A stretch of DNA of 64,000 nucleotides from an uncultured virus (IMG/VR IMGVR_UViG_3300036860_000214) (taxonomy: Duplodnaviria > Heunggongvirae > Uroviricota > Caudoviricetes), in the IMG/VR virus record IMGVR_UViG_3300036860_000214. One strand, given 5' to 3'. The position numbers and the translations under genes were made by a program. Position 1 is the first letter of the stretch. Each line of letters opens with the position of its first letter. Of this stretch, positions 38,913-46,465 are shown piece after piece. The notes beneath the pieces are model-generated. The model worked only from the letters and a program-made list of their open reading frames with translations, did no database searches and was not told the origin of the DNA.

Positions 38913-39778
38913 AGCTTGTCGCGCTCCGGGCCGTAGCGGGCCACGATCTCCTCAGCCCAGGCCAGCAGGTCAACGGCGCGCTGGCCGGACGGCTGGTGAA
39001 CGGCCCATAGCTCCAAGTTGGTCAGACGGTTATCCGCCCGGACGCCGTTGCGGTGGTGGACGTTCTCGCCAGGGAGCAACTCGCGACCCAAGTGCCGCTC
39101 CATGACCAGGATGTGCTCCTTCACCCGGCCTCGCGGCGGCCCGACGTTGATCTCGACGTAGCCCTCGTCGTTGACTCGGCGGTGGTTGGTCGGATCACGG
39201 ACGATGCTCTCCTTGCGCCAAGCGTACTGGCAGGCGCGCGAGCAGAACCGCTTGGGGCTCAGGGGTCGCCGCTTGCCCTTCGGTAGCGGGACGCGGAACT
39301 CCGTCTTGCACCACTCGCAGGCTCGCGTCCCAGCGCGGCAATCCTGGGTACAGAACCGCTGGGCCGGGCCGGTCGAAGTGAACTGCTTGCCGCATCGGGT
39401 GCAGATCTTTGCTTGGCGGTTGCCACCCGGCCATCGGGTATGTCGGGGGATGTCGAACTCGCGCAGGTGGTACTCGACCGAGCCCTTTGAGCAGCCGACC
39501 TCATCAGCGATGTCTTGCGCTGCTCGACCCAACTCGGCGTACTGCTGGCGGAGCCAGGCGGCGTCGTGGAGCTGCGGGTACTTGCTGCTGTTGCTCGTCA
39601 GGTTCTTCGACTTGATCGGCACACGATGCTTGAGCAGGTAGTGCCGGACGAGTCCGGGGTCGCAACCGACCTCGGCGGCGATGTGCTTGATGGGCCGGTC
39701 CAGCGCGACATGCTGCTGGTAGAGCCAGTCTCGGTCGTTCAGCTCGGGGTATTTGCTGCCGTTGGGGTTCGGAGGCAT
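38909..39778 (-). CDS. HNH endonuclease with two HTH repeats and Zn fingers; leaderless
   Basis: SKYP.L.D..WL.QQ...IA.EVGC x2; EHILVMERHLGR...VHHRNGVRADNRLTNLELW; TAAAAT-6nt-ATG. Confidence 0.9.
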   Translation of the reverse strand: MPPNPNGSKYPELNDRDWLYQQHVALDRPIKHIAAEVGCDPGLVRHYLLKHRVPIKSKNLTSNSSKYPQLHDAAWLRQQYAELGRAAQDIADEVGCSKGSVEYHLREFDIPRHTRWPGGNRQAKICTRCGKQFTSTGPAQRFCTQDCRAGTRACEWCKTEFRVPLPKGKRRPLSPKRFCSRACQYAWRKESIVRDPTNHRRVNDEGYVEINVGPPRGRVKEHILVMERHLGRELLPGENVHHRNGVRADNRLTNLELWAVHQPSGQRAVDLLAWAEEIVARYGPERDKL

Positions 39779-39804
39779 ACACCGATTTTATCGCAAAGCA
39801 TCGT

Positions 39805-40455
39805 CTATGTCATGTCGATGTTGAACGTCGCAGTCCATGTCTGGCCTGAGGCTTTTGTCCCTTGTGCGGAGACCAGCCGGTTGAGCAGGTTGGAGGCGGC
39901 GCCGTTGTCGGCATCGGCCCCGCCGGCATCGACCCCGGCTTCGGCCCAGGCGAAGTTGGCGACGCCGGTCCCGAACGTGGACACGAACGCCAGCCGCCGC
40001 ACCGCCGACCCGGTGCCGACGGTCGGGGCGCCGGTCACCTGCTTCCAGTAGCGGTTGGACCCGGCCGCGGTGGACGCAGACAGGTCGGTCTGGGATGAGG
40101 CGGCGGCGGCGGTGGCGGTCCCGACGCCGATCCGGGCGTTGGCGGAGGCGTAGGTGGTGCCGCCGCCAGCGATGGCGAGGAGGAGCACACGGTCCCAGCC
40201 GCCGGTGACCAGCAGGTTCGGCCCATCGGTCGTCTCCGAGTAGGGGCGGACGCCGTAGCGGTGGAAGTCGACGGGGCCGGGCTGGATGAACCCGCGCTGG
40301 CCGGCGCGGGCACCGCCGAGCTTGCGGGACACCCAACTGGCGGCATCATCATCCCACCGGGCGACGGTCAGCATGCCGTGGGCGCGGCCGCTTTCGCTCC
40401 CGGACAGGCCGACGTGGATGCCGAACGCCTCAGCGGCGCGGCCGGACTCGCTCAT
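39805..40455 (-). CDS. Probable virion structural protein
   Basis: NLLVTGG...IGVGT...FGTGVANFAWAEAGV...LLNRLV..GTKASGQTW. Confidence 0.7.
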   Translation of the reverse strand: MSESGRAAEAFGIHVGLSGSESGRAHGMLTVARWDDDAASWVSRKLGGARAGQRGFIQPGPVDFHRYGVRPYSETTDGPNLLVTGGWDRVLLLAIAGGGTTYASANARIGVGTATAAAASSQTDLSASTAAGSNRYWKQVTGAPTVGTGSAVRRLAFVSTFGTGVANFAWAEAGVDAGGADADNGAASNLLNRLVSAQGTKASGQTWTATFNIDMT

Positions 40456-42023
40456 CCTGCACAGACCTCCTCGTAGATGTCCCGCCAGCGGGTCCAGCCC
40501 TGCTGGATGGTGTGACCGCGGGCGACTTCCTTGGCCTTGGCGCCCATCTCGATCCGGGCGGCCTCGTCGTTGACGAGTTCCGTCAACCTGGCCCGCCACT
40601 GGTCGGGGGTGCGCACCAGATACCCGGTGACGCCGTCGATGACGAACTCCCGGTAGGGCTCCAGGTCGCTAGCGACCACCGGGATGCCGAGCGCGGCATA
40701 CTCCAGCGCCTTGATCGGGGTGCGTGCCCGGTTGAACGGGGTGTCCCGCAGCGGGACCACACCGATGTCGCCGTCGATGGCGGCGTAGTAGCTCCAGACG
40801 TTCGGCTGCCATCCGGTGAAGCGGCCGCGGTCGCCGAAGATGGGTCGGTAGTCGAACCCGAGCATATGCCAGTCGACCTGCGGGTCGGCGTCCAGCAGGC
40901 CCTTGACGGGGTCGCGGACCAGCTCGAGGTCCTGGAGGTGGTTGGCACCGCCCGCCCAGCACAGCGTGACCCGCTCCCGCCGGGGCCGCTCCAAGGCGAG
41001 CAGGTCCTCGTGGATGAAGTTGGGGACGACCACGATCCGGTCGTTGTAGGGGCGGTAGACCTCGGCCAGCGTCTCCGTGGAGGTGGTGACCAGGTGGCTG
41101 GCCCGCAGGCACGCCTTGATCTGCTCGCGGGTCTCCGGGTCGAGCAGGTGCGGGGCGCCGGAGGGGTCGGGTTCCAGCAGGTTGTCGTCGACCTCGTAGA
41201 CGGTGCGGGTGAGCTCCCCCCACCGCCGCCACCGTCGGGTGCCGAGCTCGCCGGCGGGCCGCTGGCGGGCGAGCAGGTCGAACTCCTCCACGATCTCGTC
41301 GTCGGGGAGGATGCGATGCTCGCCGGGGTCGGGGATCGCGACCTGATGGCCGGACCAGCGGGCGAGCTGGGTCCAGGGCTGCCAGAACCGGTAGTAGCCG
41401 CACCCGTCCGGTTCAGCGGGCATGCCCAGCCACTTGCGCACCGGGTTCGGCATCGGGGTGACGCCTGGCACATCCGCAAGGAGGTCGGTATGGAGGGCGT
41501 GGTCAACCAGTTCGCGGCCGTACCACGGCTTCGGCATGCGGGCCTTGCAGAACACCCCGGGGTACTCGGGGTCGTCCATCACGACCAGGGGCTCCAGCAG
41601 CAGTCGCTGAAGGATCTCAGCCATGGCCTGCTGGGTGTAGCGCCAGCGGTCGGGCGGGTGATGGTAGGCGAACCCGGGCGAACGGGTCGTCCACACGAGC
41701 ACCCCGCCGGGGCGCAGCACCGCGACCATGTTGGCGATGGCGGCCTGCCAGTCCTCGGCGTGCTCCAGCATCTCGGTGCTGATGACCACGTCGAAGCTAT
41801 CCGGGCCGAACGTGGCCGCCAGGTCGACGGCGTCCAGCACCCGGTCGACCCCGGGCCCGTCGACCACGTCGACGCCGACGTAGCTGGCCGGGCCGCGGGC
41901 CATGACGAACGGCCGCACCGACCCGTTCACATCCAGCGAGCCGACCTCGAGGACGTCCTTGCCGGCGACCTCGCCGCCTTGGAGGGCACCGTAGGCGAAG
42001 AATCCGAGCACCGACCCGTGCAA
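40452..42023 (-). CDS. SAM methyltransferase fused to GT4-like glycosyltransferase
   Basis: TTG start; DVLEVGSLDVNGS...FDVVISTEMLEH...LRPGG; DGCGYYR...YEVDD...DIGVVPLRDTPFN...IKALEYAALGIPVVAS. Confidence 0.88.
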   Translation of the reverse strand: MHGSVLGFFAYGALQGGEVAGKDVLEVGSLDVNGSVRPFVMARGPASYVGVDVVDGPGVDRVLDAVDLAATFGPDSFDVVISTEMLEHAEDWQAAIANMVAVLRPGGVLVWTTRSPGFAYHHPPDRWRYTQQAMAEILQRLLLEPLVVMDDPEYPGVFCKARMPKPWYGRELVDHALHTDLLADVPGVTPMPNPVRKWLGMPAEPDGCGYYRFWQPWTQLARWSGHQVAIPDPGEHRILPDDEIVEEFDLLARQRPAGELGTRRWRRWGELTRTVYEVDDNLLEPDPSGAPHLLDPETREQIKACLRASHLVTTSTETLAEVYRPYNDRIVVVPNFIHEDLLALERPRRERVTLCWAGGANHLQDLELVRDPVKGLLDADPQVDWHMLGFDYRPIFGDRGRFTGWQPNVWSYYAAIDGDIGVVPLRDTPFNRARTPIKALEYAALGIPVVASDLEPYREFVIDGVTGYLVRTPDQWRARLTELVNDEAARIEMGAKAKEVARGHTIQQGWTRWRDIYEEVCAG

Positions 42024-42039
42024 GCTGTACCCTTTCGGT

Positions 42040-42207
42040 ATGACTCTGGTGCTGCCGGTCCTGGTTCTGCTGGTGGCGGTCGGCCTGGTTGTTGGCGTCG
42101 GCGGCGAGATCAGCCCCGCCGCGTGGATCGAGGGGTTGCTGCTGACGGCGCTGCTCATCACTGGCTGCGTCGGGTTCGCCCTCTACGCGGCCGCGCATCA
42201 CTGGTAG
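42040..42207 (+). CDS. Antisense leaderless mini-gene 7a (two-TM protein; absent from the ORF track)
   Basis: TACCCT-6nt-ATG; MTLVLPVLVLLVAVGLVV...LLLTALLITGCVGFALY. Confidence 0.65.
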   Translation: MTLVLPVLVLLVAVGLVVGVGGEISPAAWIEGLLLTALLITGCVGFALYAAAHHW

Positions 42208-42279
42208 CGGGCTGATGCGCTGCCGACGCTGCGGATTCCCGATGGTGCATGCCACCGACGCCGGCACCTGGTACTACGT

Positions 42280-42537
42280 GTGCCTCGGCTGCGGCATCTA
42301 CCTTGGGCCATTCCCGAAGGTGTGGAAGGTATGAACCTGCTGATGCGCTGGCAGTTGTGGCGCGACCGCCTCGTCAACCGGCCGATCATCGTCAAGTCCC
42401 GCCCCGGCACCCCCGCCGAGATGGGCTTTGATGAGCACGGCCGCAGGACGCTGGCAGACGGCCGCGTGCTCCAGATCCTTCCGACCTCCACCTGCGGCTG
42501 TGACTTCTGCCGTTCCTGGGGCGACTGGCCGAGCTAG
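42280..42537 (+). CDS. Antisense mini-gene 7b (start uncertain)
   Basis: C-terminal CGCDFC; stop shares CTAG at 42534-42537. Confidence 0.6.
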   Translation: MPRLRHLPWAIPEGVEGMNLLMRWQLWRDRLVNRPIIVKSRPGTPAEMGFDEHGRRTLADGRVLQILPTSTCGCDFCRSWGDWPS

Positions 42538-43949
42538 AGCACCTGCGCCTGCCACGCGACGGTCGTGCCCGCCCCGCCTGGCGCTGCTTTGAGGTTGAGG
42601 GTGAAGTCGGTGGATGTGATGGCGCTCACCCAGGCATGCCCGGCCGCCAGGGGGTCGGCGGCGAACTGGAGCGAGAAGTCCTTGGCCGCCGGGGTCACCG
42701 ACAGGCCATGGGCGACTCCGGTGACGGAGGTGATCGCCGCGCCGAAGGCGACCGTGCCGCTGGACTCGGTGACCCAGTTGATGTTCTGGCGGATGATCGC
42801 CGGCAGCGAGGTCGACCCGGCGTTGTTGACCGCCGCCGTCCCGAACGAAGACGCGGCGGTGAACACGTTGCCCGTGATCAGGGTGTTCTGCGCGGCGGTG
42901 GACGCGAGGTTGACGCCGTAGCGGGCCTCGTTGGTCACCCCGCTCTTGACGCCGATGGCGTTGCCGACGATCACCGTCCGACCGACGCCGTTCCCGGATG
43001 GGCCCTGGACGATGACGTTGTCGTAGGTGTTGTTGCTGCTGTCGCCGTTGCTGGAGATCCCACACCCGAGGATCTGGATGTCGGAGAAGCCGCCGTTGGT
43101 GGAGTCGATGTTGATACCGTGCTGGCCGGCGCCCTCGATCTTGCACGCCTCGATCTTGGTTCGGCTGCCGCCACCGTCGAAGAAGACGTTGTAGCGGGTC
43201 GCGTCATACAGGTGGCAACCGGTGATCTGGAGGCTGCCGGCCTTGATGAGCACCGAGTCCTGGTTGTTGTAGACAACCGAGCCGATCATGTGGCCGTCGG
43301 CGCTGAAGCTGTCGTAGTAGACCCCGGCGGCGGCGTTGTCGCCGGCCTGGATGGTGCGCAGCACGGTGTCGTAGAGGTCCCAGGTGGCGTAGCCGAGCAG
43401 GTGGAACCCCGCGCCGCTCATGCGATGCACATGGACATGGTCGACTAGCCCGCGGTTGGAGCGGTACAGGATGCCGTCGACGCCGGAGCCGACGGTACCG
43501 CCGTCCAGGGTGAAGTCGCGCAGGGTGACGCCATACAGGGGCCGGTCATCGGCGACCCGCTGCACCCGGATCGCCTGGCTGCCGGTGAACCCCGCGCCGA
43601 CCTCGATCCTGGCGCCGACGGCATCCTGGGTGGCGCCGACCCGCTGCCCGGTGCCGGCACCGACCAGCATGGTGGCTTCCTGCTGGATGAGCAGCGGGGC
43701 GGTGATCTTGTAGCGGCCCCATGGCAGATACACGACCCCGCCGGTGGCGGGGACCGCGGCCAGGGCGGCGTTGATGGCACCGGTGTCGTCGGTGGACCCG
43801 TCCCCGACCGCGCCGAAATCCTGATCGACGACGAACAGGGGGCCGGTGTTGAACGCCTCATGCAGCCGCGGATGATGCCCGGCGGTGCCGAGATGATGGC
43901 CTGCGGCACCGCCGGCGATCGACAGCGGCAGCGGGTTGGTGTACGGCAC
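42534..43949 (-). CDS. Right-handed beta-helix (pectate-lyase-like) tailspike/depolymerase
   Basis: DFGAVGDGSTDDTGAINAALAA...GGVVYLPWGRY; Asn/Gly beta-helix repeats. Confidence 0.85.
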   Translation of the reverse strand: MPYTNPLPLSIAGGAAGHHLGTAGHHPRLHEAFNTGPLFVVDQDFGAVGDGSTDDTGAINAALAAVPATGGVVYLPWGRYKITAPLLIQQEATMLVGAGTGQRVGATQDAVGARIEVGAGFTGSQAIRVQRVADDRPLYGVTLRDFTLDGGTVGSGVDGILYRSNRGLVDHVHVHRMSGAGFHLLGYATWDLYDTVLRTIQAGDNAAAGVYYDSFSADGHMIGSVVYNNQDSVLIKAGSLQITGCHLYDATRYNVFFDGGGSRTKIEACKIEGAGQHGINIDSTNGGFSDIQILGCGISSNGDSSNNTYDNVIVQGPSGNGVGRTVIVGNAIGVKSGVTNEARYGVNLASTAAQNTLITGNVFTAASSFGTAAVNNAGSTSLPAIIRQNINWVTESSGTVAFGAAITSVTGVAHGLSVTPAAKDFSLQFAADPLAAGHAWVSAITSTDFTLNLKAAPGGAGTTVAWQAQVL

Positions 43950-43958
43950 CGGCGCCCC

Positions 43959-44135
43959 TCAGTAGATGTCGGCGTAGAGGTCCGAGTAACCACCATCGGC
44001 TGGCGGCAGCGTCGTGGTCGTCGTGGTCGTCGTGGGGGCGGGGCCGTGCTGATGGCCGGGCTTGTGGTGCGCCCAGGCCGGCGTGGCAGCCAGCACGAGC
44101 AGGCCAGCAGCGGCGAGGAACGCGCGGCGGGTCAC
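43959..44135 (-). CDS. 58-aa putative Tat-exported poly-Thr peptide (absent from the ORF track)
   Basis: MTRRAFLAAAGLLVLAATPAWA-HHKPGHQHGPAP-T8-LPPADGGYSDLYADIY. Confidence 0.7.
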   Translation of the reverse strand: MTRRAFLAAAGLLVLAATPAWAHHKPGHQHGPAPTTTTTTTTLPPADGGYSDLYADIY

Positions 44136-44206
44136 TGCTGTCGCCCTCCGACCTCGGCGCCTTGGAGGGCGCCATAGGCGAAGAACCCGAGGACGGACCC
44201 GTGCAT
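44132..44206 (-). pseudogene. Truncated 5' copy of the methyltransferase-GT gene
   Basis: MHGSVLGFFAYGALQGAEVGGRQQ*; 49/56 nt identical to 41968-42023. Confidence 0.85.
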
Positions 44207-44220
44207 CTACACTCCTGGCT

Positions 44221-44517
44221 ATGGGAAAGCGAGTCAGTAGCTACGACCCCGACGCGCGGCTGCCAGGCGTCGGCTCGATTTACGTCTGGGAACTCGACCA
44301 GCCACATGCCCGTGATCTCATCCGGGTCACGGAGGTCTTTTGGAACGGCGAGGAGTGGTGGGTTCGCACGGAGACACTCATGCGAGGCCCCTCGCATATG
44401 CTGTTCGGGACGCCAGCACCCGCCAGTTATCTGAATGACCTGAGCCGCTTCTGGGAGGCCGTCACGCCGGTTCGGGAGACGAGGACGCCACGACCGACCA
44501 CGGCGGTTAGCGCCTAG
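44221..44517 (+). CDS. Antisense leaderless mini-gene 8
   Basis: TACACT-7nt-ATG; stop shares CTAG at 44514-44517. Confidence 0.75.
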   Translation: MGKRVSSYDPDARLPGVGSIYVWELDQPHARDLIRVTEVFWNGEEWWVRTETLMRGPSHMLFGTPAPASYLNDLSRFWEAVTPVRETRTPRPTTAVSA

Positions 44518-46439
44518 CGCTGCGACGCCTCGCCGCTTGAGGCCAGTTGCAACACGGCCTCCCCGGTCGTCTGCGGCTGGACGGTCGCCTCCCCGGTGGA
44601 GGCGGGCTGGGTGGTGGCGACCCCGACCGCCCAGAACACCGGCACGACCGTCGCCACGACCAGGGTGTCGGCGCCGGCGGATTGGTCCGCCAGGGCCACC
44701 AGGACGGCCGCTGCGGCGGTTTCAGCAGCCGTCGCGAGGTCCGACAGGGTGACGGCGGCAGCGACCCGGAGAACGTCTCCAGCGGTCCCCGAGTCGGCGA
44801 GGGTCTTGGCCTGGGTGACCGCCAGGGCGTCGGCGCCGGTACCCGTGTCGGCGAGGGTGCGGGTCTGGGCGACCGCGAGGCTGTCAGCGGTGGCCCCGGA
44901 CTCGGCGAGCGGGACCGCCGCGGCGACCTGGAGGGTGTCGGCGGCGGCGCCCTGGTCGGTGAGGTTCTTGGGGATGACGAGCTGGTCGCTGGCGGTGCCG
45001 CTGTCGCCAAGGGTGACCGCGGCGGCGACCTGGAGGGTCTCCTGCGACCCGTAGACATCGGTGTAGAGGTCGCTGTAGGGGTCGCCCCAGGCGGTGCCCT
45101 GCTCCGTCAGGGTGACCGCCGCGGCGACGGTGAGCGTCTGGGTGGCGGTGCCGCTGTCGGCGAGGGTCTTCTGGACGCTCTGGTCGACCGAGATGGCGTC
45201 GGTGGCGCTGCCGGCCTGGGTCAGCGTGACCGCAGCGGCGACGCTCAGGGTCTCGGTGCCGCTGCTCTGCTCGCCGAGGGGAACCGCAGCGGCCACCTGG
45301 AGCGCGTCGCCGGCGACCCCGGCGTCGGTGAGGGTCTTGGGGACCGCGACCTGGAGGGCGTCGGTTCCAGCGCCGCTGTCGGTCAGGGTGACGGCGGCCG
45401 TGACGGTGAGCTGGTCGGCGCCCACCCCGGCCTCGCCGAGCGTGACCGTGGCCGCGACCTGGAGGGCATCCGCGCCAACGCCCTGGTCGGTGAGGGTGTG
45501 GGCCTGGGTGACCTGGAACGTGTCAGCGCCGGCACCGCTGTCGGCGAGTGCGACGGCGGCGGCGACGCTGAGGCTGTCGGTGCCGCTGCCGGATTCGGTC
45601 AGGGCGACGGCGGCGCTGACCTGGAGCGCGTCGGCGGTCGAGCCGGCATCGGGGAGGGTCTTGGACTCCGCGCCGCCGGTGAGCAGCCCCCGAACCAGGA
45701 CCGACATCCCCGACGCGCTGACCGCGTTGTCGGCAGTCGCGGTCTGCACCCCGGTCGCATTGGTGTCGTTGACGGCCAGCGAGCACACCGAGACGCTGGC
45801 GTTGGAGGAGCCGACGACGGCGCTGGAGACGTCGACCTCTTCGGTCGTCATCCCCGCCGGCTTGGTGTAGGTGACCGCGACCGAGGCGGTGGGGTTGCGG
45901 CCGGTGTGGCCGGTCAGCAGCAGCGTCCCGGCGTTGGCGGGTGTCAGCGACGGCGCATCGACCGAGGTGGTGGTGGCCGCCGGGCCGTTGTCGCTGGCGC
46001 CGGCGACGTCCTCGAACGCGGCGGTGTCGACCCCGGCGATCGCCAGGGACGCGGCGGCGAACCGGCCCGACGAGAAGCTGATGGTGACGCTGCCGCCGCC
46101 ACCCGACAGCGTGGTGTCCTTGCGGAAGCACGCACTCTCGGCGCTGGTGCTGTTCTCGCTGTCAAATTGGCCGACCACCGCGGTGTAGCCCGTCGGGGTG
46201 GTGATCGCGCCGGCGGAGGCGGTGAGCTCGCAGAAGATGTAGTGGACGTCGCCGGCCTGCGCGCCCGAGGGGATCGGCACCGCCCCGCTGGTCTCGGTGA
46301 TCGAGGAGGCGTAGCTGGTCTTGTCGCGGACGCTCGGGGGGGTCCGCGCGCCACCGGCGACCGGTGCGCGCAGCAGCCGCGACCCGAGCCGGCCGCGGAG
46401 CGGCCGCGGCCTGGTGGGCACTCGGCGGGGCGCAGGCAT
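44514..46439 (-). CDS. Thr/Ser/Ala-rich fibre-like protein with about 18 copies of an 18-aa repeat
   Basis: LTDSGAGTDALQVAAAVT-type repeats after an N-terminal beta-sandwich. Confidence 0.75.
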   Translation of the reverse strand: MPAPRRVPTRPRPLRGRLGSRLLRAPVAGGARTPPSVRDKTSYASSITETSGAVPIPSGAQAGDVHYIFCELTASAGAITTPTGYTAVVGQFDSENSTSAESACFRKDTTLSGGGGSVTISFSSGRFAAASLAIAGVDTAAFEDVAGASDNGPAATTTSVDAPSLTPANAGTLLLTGHTGRNPTASVAVTYTKPAGMTTEEVDVSSAVVGSSNASVSVCSLAVNDTNATGVQTATADNAVSASGMSVLVRGLLTGGAESKTLPDAGSTADALQVSAAVALTESGSGTDSLSVAAAVALADSGAGADTFQVTQAHTLTDQGVGADALQVAATVTLGEAGVGADQLTVTAAVTLTDSGAGTDALQVAVPKTLTDAGVAGDALQVAAAVPLGEQSSGTETLSVAAAVTLTQAGSATDAISVDQSVQKTLADSGTATQTLTVAAAVTLTEQGTAWGDPYSDLYTDVYGSQETLQVAAAVTLGDSGTASDQLVIPKNLTDQGAAADTLQVAAAVPLAESGATADSLAVAQTRTLADTGTGADALAVTQAKTLADSGTAGDVLRVAAAVTLSDLATAAETAAAAVLVALADQSAGADTLVVATVVPVFWAVGVATTQPASTGEATVQPQTTGEAVLQLASSGEASQR

Positions 46440-46465
46440 CGGCGGCTCCCGTTGAGGCTAGGCGG

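Noticed and set aside
41968..44206. Diversity-generating retroelement TR/VR pair
   Set aside because: Differences are not adenine-specific, the copies are at a 5' end, and no reverse transcriptase is present
26333..44517. IS-mediated insertion at CTAG as the origin of the antisense genes
   Set aside because: No transposase, no terminal inverted repeats, and CTAG is not duplicated at the other junction
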